This document shows positions 13,133 to 27,235 of a stretch of 64,000 bases of DNA, piece by piece; within the stretch, counting starts at the first letter, position 1, and each line of letters opens with the position of its first letter. The DNA is from Octopus vulgaris (taxonomy: Eukaryota): the NCBI GenBank assembly GCA_951406725.2, contig OX597821.1, positions 75,516,001-75,580,000 on the forward strand, read 5' to 3'. A program made the translations under genes and the position numbers. Below the pieces are notes generated by a model. It had not been told where the DNA came from, made no database searches, and saw only the letters and a list, made by a program, of their open reading frames with translations.

Positions 13133-13346
13133 GTATTTACTAATAACAAGTCCCTTATGATGTCAAGACAGGAAATATTTGCATTGATAAGATATAAAAT
13201 ACCTGTATTGACTAGGTAGAGAGTGTTTATACTTGTTAGAAACAAATTGTCTGTATTCGCTACGAATAAAGCATTTGCGTTGACAAGATACAAATATTTG
13301 TTTTGACCAAGTAGAAAGCACTTTATTGAAAAAATACAAAATGCCT
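13133..13346. repeat. Cryptic, highly diverged 24-bp tandem repeat (~9 units)
   Basis: Units such as gcattgataagatataaaatacct / gtattgactaggtagagagtgttt / gcgttgacaagatacaaatatttg; 8-aa periodicity in ORF 13060..13293. Confidence 0.6.
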
Positions 13347-13731
13347 GAAGGAAATAGCAAAGGAAGTAAAAACAAAAAAGCTGATGATCATCCTTTTCAC
13401 AAAGTTAAAAGTGTATTAATTGAAGTAAAATGGTTTTCATGAGAAGATTGATACGTAATGATCTCTGATTACCAGGAACTGTTCACTGTTCGTTATTGGC
13501 GTACCTTCTATGTTGAGATATTGTAAAATATTTAGTTGGGAAAATGTAGTTAAGATCGATAATTCTGTTACTAGAAATTGTGTTCTGAAGCAGAGGTACG
13601 AGAAGTTATATCTCGGAATATATCGATTCCAGTAATTCTTTGGTACATATCTTATCGAAACCAGAAAAATGACAGACAACGTCCTTATTATTAGGATATA
13701 AATAGACTGAACTGAATAACTTTATGTACCA

Positions 13732-14129
13732 TCTCTCTATATATAAAACTGAAGTTGTCTGTGTATGGCAGGTTTGGTAGCCTTCAATTAAAACTATCTC
13801 TTCCGAGACCCTGCGGCGCAAGTTGACCAAAATTGAGAGTATGATAGAAGAAGGCTTTTTCTTTCTTCCGTAGAAGAAAAAGTTTCAATTCGGACCATGT
13901 TAATACCAAAAATTATTTACTTCAAAAAGGTGCTTTTTTTTCAATGAGAAGCCCTATTTTTTACGATTTTTGACTGCTGTGTCGCCATTTTTCGGTGTAT
14001 TTCAACCAGAAAAATGTTCACTTAAAGAGAATAACAAGCTACATAATACAACATTTTTAATTTTCATAAATTCCAATTCTAAAGGGTCGAAAAGAAAACA
14101 AGCCCGAGCAACGCCAGCTATACTGGTAG
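13732..14129 (+). mobile_element. Non-autonomous Helitron, subfamily 2
   Basis: TC start, CCCGAGCAACGCC..ATACTGGTAG end; homologous to 54826-55218. Confidence 0.8.
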
Positions 14130-15698
14130 TTCTATTCTAAAGTCAATAATTACAATAATAGATATAGTAACCAAATAAATTAATTATAAATGGTTCCACT
14201 TGAAAAATCTTTAAAAAAATTTGATATTTCGGAATCATGTGCAAGAGGTGAAAAATCAAAGTTGCGAGATGTGTGCATTTTCCCAGAGAGACAAGTGATG
14301 TATAGCTGAAATATCAAATACCGTGAATCAAAAAAGCAAATGAGTGGTGAGTTTAGTTTCATTCTACACGAGTGTCTCCTTGGAATCACGTGGGTTTATA
14401 TAACTAATTCCAATTATCGGACCCCATACGGTTATGAGATTAAGAAATAATCCGTTTGAACGATAAACAGCTTTTCTATATCAGGATGGTATGGAAAGTA
14501 AATAAAAAACAAGAACATCCATATATTGCAGTCTGTATATTTAATGCCTGCGTATCTAATGCTTACCAAGGCTTGCTTTCTAGGAAACCTTGTAGGTATG
14601 CTGAGAGTTTTCGGCTAAACATTAAGGGAACAAATGTCTGTGATTTTTTCATTAGATTACCATCATTAATTAATGACTACTAATTAATTTGCTATTCAAA
14701 AACAAAAAGGAGTAATAAAAATAATTTCTTGCAAAATTATTGCATTTACGGCCTTAAGGCAGATCTTGGGCTTGTAGTTTTAGGGTTTCCTTAGACATGA
14801 GGCTTCAGATTTTTTCTCTCTCTGTGAGGTAAGTGTCTTCTACAGTCCGGTACTGTCTTATTAAACAACTCTGGAAACATGTGCCATGTATCATATTTTT
14901 TAATAGTTTGAGATTTCGTCATGTCTTGTGGTTCTCAGGTAGCATTGTGTATAATTTGCTTATTTCTCGTGTTATTACGGCTACACAGCTTTGCTCAGAT
15001 ATTGTATCAATTATTGCGAAAAGTCGTCAAAACATATTTTCAAATTTCGCGATGTTTCCTTTACTGAAGATACATCTCACAAAAAATTCTTCTACTTCGC
15101 TTGCTGTTGATGCTGCAATGATTATTATTTCAATGAACACTGGGCGGGGAGTGGTTTTCGATGTAATCGACTTAACCCCCCCCCCCCGAAATTGCTGGCC
15201 TTGTGCCATAATTTGAAGCCAATATTTATTGTTCATCTAGTTAATGATAAAATCGTTTTCACTTGGAGACAAACTGTTTGTTTTGTTCAAAGAATGATCG
15301 TTGCTTTCAAATCTCAGACATTTTGTCATTTGGTGAGGATCTCTTGTTCCAGGAATTCTTTTGATGTCGCAATTTTTTGTTGTATCGTATTTCTGTAGTG
15401 TTTATCTATTCTTCTTTGTATCCTGTCACGTCGTTTCTTTACAGTAGTAGTAGTAGTGGTGGTGGTGGTGGTGGTAGTAGTAGCAGTAGTAGTAATGGTG
15501 GTGGTGGTTGTAGTAATTGTGGTGGTGGTGGTAGTAGTAACAGTAGTTGTAGTAGTAGTAATGATAATTATGATGATGATGATGATGATAGTATTAGTGT
15601 CAGTAGCTGTAGCAGTGAAGAAAGTAGTAGTAATTATTCTTTTTTCCTTTTCATCGTTGTTGCTGTTGTTGTTGTTGTTGTTGTTGTTATTATTACTA

Positions 15699-15734
<36 letters not shown>

Positions 15735-17498
15735 CTACCTTTGTTCTTGTTATCTGTGGGTGTATTTCTATTGCTACAATAGTGGCCCCTGCTTCTATGA
15801 ACTGGTTGTGCTTATGCCATCTTTACTCAAATATCTGCAGACCACTAGTCTCTCCCACACTCAACACACTTGCTGAGTCCAATGCTCGAGTTCACACAAT
15901 AATCGCTAAGATTAGTTCTTCCTCGGCAAATCGCCGATCCTCTGGAAGCATATCTGAAGTCTTCATCGGCGGTTGTTGACTTTCAAAGGCTACAGAGAAA
16001 TATTATTGAGCTGAGATTCAACATTGCACGGCAGGGCTGCGAATGCTACAGGCGTTTCCTGCTTCCCCAGAACTAGCAAAGGAAAAGATCATACAAATAG
16101 ATTTTTGAGCAGTCTTCACATCTCCTCTATACTACAATCAAACTAGAAAAGTCTGCTTTAGGAATGAATGTGACTTGAAGAATCTTTATCTATGTATATG
16201 CAGTTAGGGGGAGGGGACTAAAAATTAGTGAAAGAGAACATAAATCAACGATGTTCGAAGAAGCAGAAAAATGAAAATTAACAAGCTTATTTTGCAGAAA
16301 AAGTACTGACACCCCCAAGAAAATTGAAAAGTACAGAAAGAAGAGAAAGAAAAAGAAGAAAACAATGGTATTTCCCTCGGCAGTAACACAAATGTAAATA
16401 ATCCCCACGACATTTTTAATAACAGAAAAATATTTTGCCAAGTGACAATAAAACTAGAATTTTGATTGTCAGCAACAAAAATGAAAATCTACTAACGCTA
16501 CAAGCAACATTAAATATAGGCCAATTTTTCTGGAAGAGCGGAGCCTTGATAAAACTATTGAAACAAAACAAGTATCTTTTCCTGAAGCTATCACACAAAC
16601 ACGAGAAAAGAAGAAAATTACGTATTTCTATATTTCCGAACTTAAAAAATTTCCTTGTTTCATCAAGAGAATATCAAGAAAGAGTCCTGTTTGATGTGCG
16701 GATAGGGATCATTTCAATCAAGCGGGGTCATATTCAACGATATGCCTTGCACTTAAAAGTGAGAATAAGTGTGTGTGTGTGGCACCATTAACTATTAGTT
16801 GTCATATTTGCAGGAAAATATGAGTAAGTGGCTAGCGCTGACGGGACATTTAATGATATGTGATTGGAAGGAATATCCTTTGGTATTCAATAAGATGATG
16901 ACCGGCCCTTCCACAAACTGACAAAACGATTCCTATGTGGCATCATGTAGTGGTCCTTAGAGAAGATCGTTAAGGCTGGTAGTGAGAAGCTAAAAGGTTA
17001 GCTGCTACATGTAAGAGTAAACGTTTAACAGCTTTCTGTCCAAGAGAGATGGAGAAACTGGGATGTGAGAAACGACAACATGAATTTGTAACCAGAGTCT
17101 TACTTAAATTATTATTGCCGTTGTTAAGGCGGAATGGTGGAAACTTTAGAACGTTAAATCCGGCGAAGATTCAAATTGCCTTTCATCCCTCGAGAAAATA
17201 AGCTAACTGTGAAGTAAGACCCGGCTTCAATGGTAGCGATTTGCTCCACGCTTACGGGTCACTTAAAGCTCATCACCACTTATGGATTTACCGAAATGTA
17301 GAACAGCGAAGACAAAAAAAAAAGGTTTGCAGCATTTCTTCTGCTTCTTTACAGACCGAATCCAAATAAAGCAGACATTACATTTGACTTTCACCATTTC
17401 TAGTTCGATAACATAAAGTACAAATCTAGAATTAGATCAATGGTATCCATGCCCTTCAAATTGTTGTCCTGGTACCTATGTCACATTCCATTACAACA

Positions 17499-17558
<60 letters not shown>

Positions 17559-17643
17559 TTCTATTGTCAAGGAAGCTAGCAAATCCGTAAGGGAACTTGG
17601 CATTAATCCTGAAATAGTTGAAGAACCATATGATTATTATTAC

Positions 17644-17679
<36 letters not shown>

Positions 17680-17680
<1 letters not shown>

Positions 17681-18235
17681 GAGTGAGAGAGCAGTGCATG
17701 CCATCCAAGTGACACTGGGGTAAAATATACGAAGCCCAGTATACCCATCATGACTACCCGTCTGATAAGGGTACACCAGGCACATGCATCACAACCATAT
17801 GTGCGCGACATGGTGATCTCATAACAAGATTAAACAGCGCATGACCTTGCGGACGGGGCCCAGTTAGAATTTTCTTCTGGTTGGGTAACCCATCCCACTC
17901 AAAAGGTCCCTGATTAAGGGTTGTTTAAGGATATTGAATGAAACACCTATGTTTCCAGAGATGAATCATTAAAACCCCAGAGAATCCCTCTCAACACATG
18001 GCTATAATGCTCCCCAACTACTTCTGCTCGTGATCAGAGATGCACATATCGTCAGCCACTAAGGGACATGCTCAACTGATTATGGTCAAACAACTGACAA
18101 GCAAATCTGTGGTATTGAGCAGAATATTTGCTATAGCCCATCTTTTATACCAAGACAAAACAATGTATATGATAACACTTCCAGTCAGTTAAGATCAGAA
18201 GCCATGAGAGCCACTGCCTGGTACTGCATCAGGGC

Positions 18236-18238
<3 letters not shown>
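17680..18238 (-). mobile_element. ~560-bp non-coding element inserted in a (TAA)n tract (probable non-autonomous R4/Dong-type)
   Basis: (TTA)n on both flanks; further copies at ~11565-12073 and ~12087-12605. Confidence 0.7.
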
Positions 18239-18272
<34 letters not shown>

Positions 18273-18274
18273 AA

Positions 18275-18458
18275 GGCGGCAAGGTGGCAGAATCGTGAGC
18301 ACGCCGGGCAAAATTCTTAGCGGCATTTCGTCCGTCTTTACGTTCTGCGTTCAAATTCCACCTTTCGGGATCGATAAACTAAGTACCAGTTAAACACTGG
18401 GGTCGATGTAATCGTCTAGTCTCCTTCCCGCAAAATAACAGGTAGCCTTTAGTAGAAA
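18275..18458 (+). mobile_element. SINE family B (tRNA-like head), internally deleted
   Basis: GGCGGC.AG.TGGCAGAA...GTTCAAATTCC...CCTTTCGGG.TCGATAAA.TAAGTACCAG. Confidence 0.75.
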
Positions 18459-18462
18459 TGGT

Positions 18463-18500
<38 letters not shown>

Positions 18501-18501
18501 T

Positions 18502-18533
<32 letters not shown>

Positions 18534-18769
18534 TTAATACTACTACTACTACTACTACTACTCCTGTCCTAAGCGGCGATGGTTCCATCAGCAGCATCAC
18601 TAATAAAGAGATACTGTTTGGATGGCCGTTGACTCTTCAGAGTTCACCAGTCCTTAGACAGTTCTTGTTTTTCTTCCTGAACGGTGATGAAATAGCAAGA
18701 AAAATGTTGTTCTTTTTGTTGTTGTTATTATTATCATTATCATTGTCATTATCGTCGTCGTCGTTGTCG

Positions 18770-18800
<31 letters not shown>

Positions 18801-19990
18801 CACCACCATCTTTATCTTGGAAAATAAACTATTTACTCTATAAGTGTCATTATTTATTGTAACCCAATCTCTTTATAAGTGCTCATGGGCGAACTGTTTT
18901 TGTACAATGGTGGCTCTGAATAGATGTCCGATAATTCTTATATCTCTGCATTTAGCGGATATTTAAGATTACGTCTTAGAATTGTCTCGGTGAATACAAT
19001 ACATCTAACGTTATTATGTGAGCAGTAGATTAGCTCTGAATGAACAATAGTGTGATACCATAATACGATAAGTCATGATATATAGCCAGTCACATTTATC
19101 TGTGAAGACAATAGTACATGAATAGAGTGACCGATGAATATAAAAGAGCAGCCTTAAACGTCGAACACTACTAAACTCTCTGACGTGATCAATTTTTCTT
19201 TAGACGTGTTCATTGGTTGTGAATGAATGATAAATCGATTAATTCATAAATTTTGTGACACTTAAAAAATACTAAAGGAAATGTTGATTGGCGTCTGTCT
19301 ATCACTGATCTAATAGAAATCGATGACAGAAATCAGAAGTGTAAAACAAATACATAAAAAAATATAACATTAAGAATAGCTCATGTGCGCGCGCATACAT
19401 ATATACACACGCAAACGAACAGACACGCACGCACACACATACGCACATACACTCATACCGCTCAGAGTGCAATTATTTGTGAGACCAACATGGTTCATCA
19501 AAATCCACACAAATAAGGATTGAATTTTAATTTTACGAAACACTTTAAACATTCAAGTGATTCATATCACCCAAACAAATTATTCCAAATAAGGAAATCT
19601 TACAATGTTAGTGCAAGTGTAAAACTTCGTTTGGAATCTGTAGATTCTTCTAATTACCAAAGGAGAGTTAATGGGAAAGTAATTTAGATGAAAACAGTTG
19701 CTTAAAATAATATTTCCATTGATTTCTTTCGCAAGTGTCTCCAAGCTTATACAAGTCTATACGTATACACATTTAAACATTTATCTATGTATGTATGTAC
19801 GTATGCATGTGTGTGTATGCGTGTGTGTTTGTTAAATAAGCATGTGTATATGAATGTAAGTCCTGCATTAGACTCCTCACTCATATTATTATCGAACCAA
19901 GGGTTTAACGACGGTCTTTCCATAGCACTTACATAGCATTACCTGCCACCTTGGGTCTTCTGGATACCCATACCTCTCATATATATATAT

Positions 19991-20025
<35 letters not shown>

Positions 20026-20064
20026 AAGGGGGAGGGAGTGTATGTTTGTGTATGTATATATATG

Positions 20065-20109
<45 letters not shown>

Positions 20110-20115
20110 ATATAT

Positions 20116-20293
20116 AATTGAAAAAACATTGGAGTCAACAAGAAGGAGTACGGTTGGACATTTATTTTCAATCTCTACAATTATTCCTACGCAACGTAGT
20201 TCTCCAGGCGTGCAGGTGCTTGATTAGGAGTAAATGTAAGGACTGAAAATATATGTCCAACCGTACTCCTTGCTGACTCGAAATTTTTTCAGT
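20116..20293. repeat. Imperfect fold-back (~70-bp arms, ~36-bp loop)
   Basis: AAGGAGTACGGTTGGACAT.TATTTTCA versus TGAAAATATATGTCCAACCGTACTCCTT. Confidence 0.85.
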
Positions 20294-20431
20294 TGTTTAT
20301 TCACACATGAGGGAAGCTCAGGTGCAAACCCAGCGGATAGCACAGGGTGAAATCTGTAGATGGGTCAGCTTTATACTATACACTACTAAGTTCTTAACAG
20401 AATATAACATAACTATATATAAATATATATA

Positions 20432-20734
20432 TCACGGGACCGATCATACCATCAGATGTTGTTACACATCGCTAGTCACAATGCGTTCGCATTGTTTTAG
20501 CCTTCAAATGACGCCACCCCGCTGGCTAAGCGAGCAGGCCAACACCCCGCTGGCTAAGCGAGCAGGAGAAAGAATGGTGAAAGAGTACAGCAGGGATCAC
20601 CACCCCTTGCTGGAGCCTTGTGGAGCTTTTAGGTATTTTCGCTCAATAAACACTCACAACGCCCGGTCTGGGAATCGAAACCGCGATCCTGCGACCGCGA
20701 GTCCGCTGCCCTAACCACTAGGCCATTGCGCCTC

Positions 20735-20735
<1 letters not shown>
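20432..20735 (-). mobile_element. SINE family C (tRNA-derived head), tail variant 1
   Basis: Minus strand: GGAGGCGCAATGGCCTAGTGG (A box) ... GGTTTCGATTCCC (B box); head shared with 31668. Confidence 0.85.
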
Positions 20736-20771
<36 letters not shown>

Positions 20772-21083
20772 ACACACACACACATACGTAGAAGCAGATG
20801 CGTGGCGTTCAATCATATAATAATAGAAATATAATATACATGCATATATACATACGTATATGTACATACTTACATATATAAGTTTATATATGCATATGTG
20901 GGCATAGGACGTCACGAAATTTGTACAGCAAAAATATACGAAGCACAAGTACATGGAATATGAACTATTCTTTCAACCAACGAAAGACAAAAATGGGAAA
21001 GAAAACAAACATATGCATATATATATTTCGTTTTGGGATTTGGTTTGCAAGATTCTGTATATGAGTTCGTGTGTTGAAGCATA

Positions 21084-21315
21084 TTCTGTTGTGTCTAAGG
21101 AGAGTCATTTTCTTTTTGTGCCTTATAATGTAACACACTGACCGGTAAACTTTTCACTTTTTTCTTCTTTTTTTTTTCGTTATCCTATTGAAAAGGATGC
21201 AAGACGCAACGAAAATTTTAGGAAAACAAAAATAAGAAAAAAGTGGAAATTTTACCGGTGAGTGTGTTACATTATAAGGCACAAAAAGAAAATGACTCTC
21301 CCCAGACACAACAGT
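21084..21315 (+). repeat. ~100-bp inverted arms enclosing a degenerate HHR core (21183-21223)
   Basis: GGAGAGTCATTTTCTTTTTGTGCCTTATAATGTAACACACT and its reverse complement; centre tccta-TTGAAAA-g-gatgc aagac gcaac-GAAA-AT-TT-tagga. Confidence 0.8.
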
Positions 21316-21323
21316 ATATATAA

Positions 21324-21354
<31 letters not shown>

Positions 21355-21887
21355 AAATTCTTTATTAAGAAATTATCCTTAATTGTTAAATTTATTCCGA
21401 AATACTTTTCTTATCCGACATGCCGTTCGAAAAAGCCCGCCATTTACCGAATATATGATTTATAAACATTCCATGTGCTTCGCCGGAGTGAATAGATATC
21501 TGTTCGTCTTCGCTAGGTAAGGTTGGTTGTTTATTTATGATGTGTTTAGAATCAGTTCTGCTGATGATCATAGACGTAATTTTTTATACGTTAAATCTGA
21601 AATCACAGGTGATACAGAACTAAATTCATTTTTTAAATGTCTTGCTTTGAAGAACTGCATTAGGTACGATTAGTGTAATTTTGGTAGTAATGACTTTGTC
21701 CCTCTTAGTGTGAGGCATTTATGTGTAATAATGCCCTCTATACAATATAAATATAATTAATATGTTCAAAGAGAAAAAAAATTATTTTCGAATTCTTTTC
21801 TCTTATGAGGTTCTTCACGCTAACTACCTGATAATTTCTTGCTAAAATTCCTTATTAAGAAGTTATCCTTAATTGTTAAATAAATAA

Positions 21888-21946
<59 letters not shown>

Positions 21947-21952
<6 letters not shown>

Positions 21953-22025
21953 GGTGGCGTTAAATCAGGTGATCTTGGTGGCAAAAGTCCCTCCGGAATA
22001 ATCCGTTCACCGAAAACTTTTTGAA
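21947..22025 (-). pseudogene. IS630-Tc1-mariner transposase fragment
   Basis: KVFGERIIPEGLLPPRSPDLTPPDF matches the (W)PPRSPDLTPxDF motif near the third catalytic residue. Confidence 0.75.
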
Positions 22026-22277
22026 CACCCTGTACTTTCCCAAATACACACCATACGTAAATTCTGCGTTGCATAGAATAAACCTGTCATTTATTTAATT
22101 AATTTATTTACGTTCAAATGCATGTCTTTTAGCCGTTTGTCGCAGTTCTAAAATGCATTTGATGCCTTTTAAATAATTCATAGATTATTTTCGATAGTTT
22201 TCAGTCAGGACGGAATGAATCAATATTTTCTTTGTAACACGTGTTTGCATAAGTATAATCACAGACATCCCACTCCT

Positions 22278-22311
<34 letters not shown>

Positions 22312-25300
22312 GACACACACACACTCTTTATTTTCCTTTTCTCTCTCCTTCCTCCCCTCACTTTCTCTCCCCTCACTTTCTCTCCCCTCACTTTCTCTCC
22401 CCTCACTTTCTCTCTTTCCGCTCTGGGGAAGGGCTGTATTTGGCCACTTATCCGTCTTCCTCTTCTGTCTCTATCTCTGGTTTGCTTGACATGAATTTGG
22501 AACATTGACATATATTTTACATTCAGGATGTAGACATTATCATTTTGTAGAATGTTGCACATTTTACCTAAACTAAGAAACAATCAGCACTAAACATTCG
22601 TACATTTTATGCCATTTATTGGTGCTACCCTGTCTTCATGACTAAAATTCCTTAAATTTCGCTCTCTTAATCATTAGATATGTCATCCTTAAATCAGATG
22701 TGATTTTTCTCTTCGTTTTCCAAATATATCGTGCACTTCAAACAACATCATATGATGTCTCATCTTCCTAAAAAGGTCGGGTACGTTTGGAAAACCTTTG
22801 GATCCTATCCTTAGCATGTCAAGTTAGGATTTCGACGCTTTATGTATCTTGGTTAAGTTTAGTTGGAAAATTAACCTATATAACTGTGCTGAATGCTATT
22901 GATTTACCGATAATAAATTCAGATTGAAGAAGGATGTAGCCAAATTCATTTTCTCGAAATATACTGTAATTAATACTAGAAACACCTACTTTATGAATGA
23001 ATTATGTTCATTATAATTTATTGAATAATTCAATTCATTAAAAACCGCATTAACAATTATAATTTCGATATATTAAATAAATAATGCATCTCTGTGAAGA
23101 ATTCGGTATTTTGTTAGGAGACATAGGTTTTTGGAAACATAATATCGTTAGAAAGAAACATTGTACTTATCAATGAAACCGTGAAAACACGAATTATTAC
23201 AATCATTATGTTTTAGTAAAAAGCTCAACTTCAACCGTGAGTCAAGCTAGATAAAAAAAAAATAAGGCTAATCATATATCGATTAATTAATGTAATTAGG
23301 TAATGTTAAAAAACGTCTGTTTATCACATTAAATTTACTGATTAATACATTGATTGTCATGTTCTAAGAGAGCTTCTCTTTAAAATTTCTACAGTAAATT
23401 CATATTTCAGATAACTGAATTTAATGAAAAATATGTCAGTATTGTAGTTTTACGAGTGATCCATAATTTTATGAAACAGTATAAATATGACAATTGTATA
23501 TTTGTCAAACAATTTCAATTAGACAATCATATTAGTAAAGAACGAATTACCTGGAAGCAGCGATAAAGTGATAAGGATGACGATAATAAAAATAATATCT
23601 CAGCAAATCAAGGTTGAAATATTTTGATAATATTTAAATTTATCGGTGCATGCCTGAAGCTTTAAATTTGTCCTCACATCACTTAGAAAATTTGGTTTGT
23701 TCTTTATGATTATTTTGAAAACTTGGTAAAAACTTTGATGAATGTTAGCGCAATTTACATAATATGAAGAAATAATTAAGTTGCATAATGAAGCTAATAA
23801 ACGATCTTCTCAGTTTTCTCAATAATTGAATCCATTTTAACGCTCACGGGATTATTTGTTGCACCATTTTAACAAAAATATTTTACATTTCCTACTCAGA
23901 AAACGTACCTAAATTTACAGCGAAATAATTCATACCACTGATGGATCCAAACTAAATAAATACAATGGATTCATTATCCATCATTCAGAATTCGTTATTT
24001 TTTAGTCTAGTAAGTGTGAATTAAAGCGTGCGTTTTGTTTAAAAAGCTTGTTCTTTCATTCCTTCTTTATTTGTACAACACCACACGATGCGTGATTGCA
24101 CAATTTAAATAAAAACACTGAGTAATTGCCTTGCGAGGTCTTTCATTAACATGCACGCACACACACACACTCAAATACTACAAAGACACACAAATATGCA
24201 CGCATATACACATATATACACATATGATATTAGTGGCTAACTAACTTTCAAGCAATTCCGGGTAAATATATTCAAATGAATATATACCCAGGAGTTGTGC
24301 GTGTTTCTGCTGGCTATCTGTATATTACAAACAATGCAAACTTTTTTTAACCCGAACACTAATAACAGATATTTAAATTGAATTAAATTATATAGATCCG
24401 TAACTGTGACTGCCTAAGACATAAAGTGTATAAATTACGCTCAAGTGTCTGCAATTTCAAATCATTTCTCTTTTCAGTGTACAAAAACATGTACAAAATG
24501 CATGAATAAGTTCTTATTTGACTTGATTTTTTTTTTTTTACTATAAGTTATGAAAATGCCTCGAATACGACAAAATATATTTTCTTGTCTATAATTCTCT
24601 CAAAGATCTCAATTTAATTATGTTTAGCAATAAAATCAACTCCCGAAAAATATCTTTAAATTAGTACACACATACACACACACACATACAGAGAACATGC
24701 ACTAGTAACAAGTAGCTGGGTGTATATTAAAGCATAAAGAGAACATCTATGAAGGCGAATAAAAGACATTTGTAATTCGAGGTAAACTAATTAAAAGGTT
24801 CATTAGAAACAAAATCAAACAAGGTATCCATTTAAGAAAACTCAAGTAATGGCTAACTGAAGATATCTAGATAAACTTTGCGAACAATACCACATATGGA
24901 TCGAAATCCTGAAGTCAGGGAACCCAAAATCTCAGTTACAAACTATGCACAAGGCACCGTGTTCACCAACTTCACTTGACTGGAGAAGAAAACAGGGCTT
25001 TTAATGAAGATGTTAACAGGCATAAGTGACATTCTTGAAGGTTGATTCGGACTGTGCTTGTCACGTGGACGTTGACAGATAATAGGGAGATAAGAGAGAG
25101 ATCACAAGGTTAACTAAATCGAAGAAACGAGAAACGGATCGGTCTTCCATCGAATTTTATTTTGTCCTCTATAATAATTTGAGTTGCGATGGCTCCTTGC
25201 CCATTTGACAGGAAAAAGTTATACTTTTCTCTCTGATGTAACATTTTGCGTACTGAACTTTAAAATCTAACTGCTTTCACCGGAACTTCTATATATAACG

Positions 25301-25331
25301 TTCTGTTGTTTTAGAATTACTGACTTCGTCA

Positions 25332-25727
25332 GGCGGCGAGCTAGCAGAAACGGTAGCACGCCGGGCGAAATGTTTATCGGCATTTTGTCTACCGCTACGT
25401 TCTCAGTTCAAATTCCGCCGAGGTTGACTTTGCCTTTCATCCTTTCGGGGTCGATAAATTAAGTACCAGTTACGCACTGTGTCGATATAATCGACTTAAT
25501 CCGTTTGTCCGTCCTTGTTTGTCCTCTCTGTGTTTAGCCCCTTGTGGGTAGTAAAGAAATAGGTATTTCGCCCGTCTTTACGTTCTGAGATCAAATTCCG
25601 CCGAAGTCAACTTTGCCTTTAATCCTTTCGGGGTCGATAAATTAAGTGCCAGTTGCGCACTGGGTTCGATCTAATCGACTGGCCCCTTCGCCAAAAAGTT
25701 CGGGCCTTGTGCCTAGAGTAGAAAAGT
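25332..25727 (+). mobile_element. SINE family B, internally duplicated
   Basis: GGCGGCGAGCTAGCAGAAAC head; GTTCAAATTCCGCCGAGG..GACTTTGCCTTT.ATCCTTTCGGGGTCGATAAATTAAGT occurs twice. Confidence 0.85.
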
Positions 25728-26572
25728 ATAACTGGTTTCGTTTTCTGAGTTTTTAATTCTAGTGCTTTACATTGCACTATATTACACCTAGTCACAAAGA
25801 CCCCTTTGTCATAAAGTGTGATACGTCTGCTCTGTTTTAAGATGTGCTTGTGTTTTTATAGCGAGGATGCATTTAGATATTGTAGTATACAAACCAATGC
25901 CGTTTGTGTATTTTTAGTGAGAACTGTGAATACTTTATTAGCATGAGTGAATTTCCAGTTGTATTGTTCATCAAATAAATTAAGAGGATATTTAGAACTC
26001 GCAAAAGTTTGTTTTACACAATTCTTCTTTAGTAAAAGAAAATCTCGTCCAAGAAGAGATCTGACCGCAGATATTTTCAATGTGTAAGTAATTGCTTGCC
26101 CTTTGCGTGTATATTGGTGGGTTAAATTCATTGTTCCTTATTCCTACATTTATATCTGTGAATGAAGTTATTTTATGGTCCACACTTTTCCTAGGGCTCT
26201 GTTGAAATGTAACTGAAACTACAAAACGAAAATCAATACACAGACATACAACACACGCAAAATATATCTTGAAATTCATCAGGGATTAACTATTGCGAAA
26301 CATTTTGGAAACATCGCTTACGATTTTTACCAGATAAAACAGTAACTCCATATTCCTATGCGTCCTATTGGAGAACTCTTTCTAAAATTGTACTTTTAGT
26401 CTACAAACATTTAGTCTACAAACATTAATGGATTTAGCATCGCTGTCGTTCTCAGCTATATGTAAAGGAGGACTAAGGGGAAAATATGCTATTTGCTTCA
26501 TATAAAGATAAACCTGAACACAGTCCTGTTTTTACTATAACATGTTTCAAGGCAAATATATTTCCCCTAATT

Positions 26573-26606
<34 letters not shown>

Positions 26607-27235
26607 GTACTCACACACACACACACATCGCGCGCGAATGCACACACACACACATACGCACATATATATCAATGTTGTGTTAGTGTGTGTGTACGTGTAC
26701 GTTTGTCTATATTACGATGAAAGTGCTATCATTCCCCCATTAAGATAGTCTCCAGAAAACTCTTTATTATAGAAAACATTCTGAAGAATGCATTTCAATC
26801 TACAAGTGAAACATTTTGTGAAGGTTCCGTACCTCTTGAAATAAAACGATTAGAATTTGCCATGAAATGTATGGAGGACTTGACTGGCAAACACTTGAGC
26901 GTAGATTATAACTCAAAATACGTAAAGGCTAATGTATATACACATATGTGGGTGAGGGTGACGGTGTGTGTATGTTTGTGTGTGGGTTTGTGCGCATGCC
27001 TGTGGGTCTACCTGTATTTATATATATAGACACAATCCGAAGATGTCTTAGTTGGCCGAAACTTCGAAATCACTCGCAATGCTACTCTTCTTAAAGAATA
27101 ATAAGCTTGTATTCTACCAAGTGTATTGAGTTGTTCTTAAATTTAACGTGAAATTGTTTTCATGACATAAACACACACACACTCACACAAACACACACAC
27201 ACACATTCACACACACAGTCACACACATACATAAA

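Noticed and set aside
21355-21885. ~40-bp direct repeats ~490 bp apart as LTRs
   Set aside because: No TG..CA ends, PBS/PPT or coding remnant; more likely a partial tandem duplication
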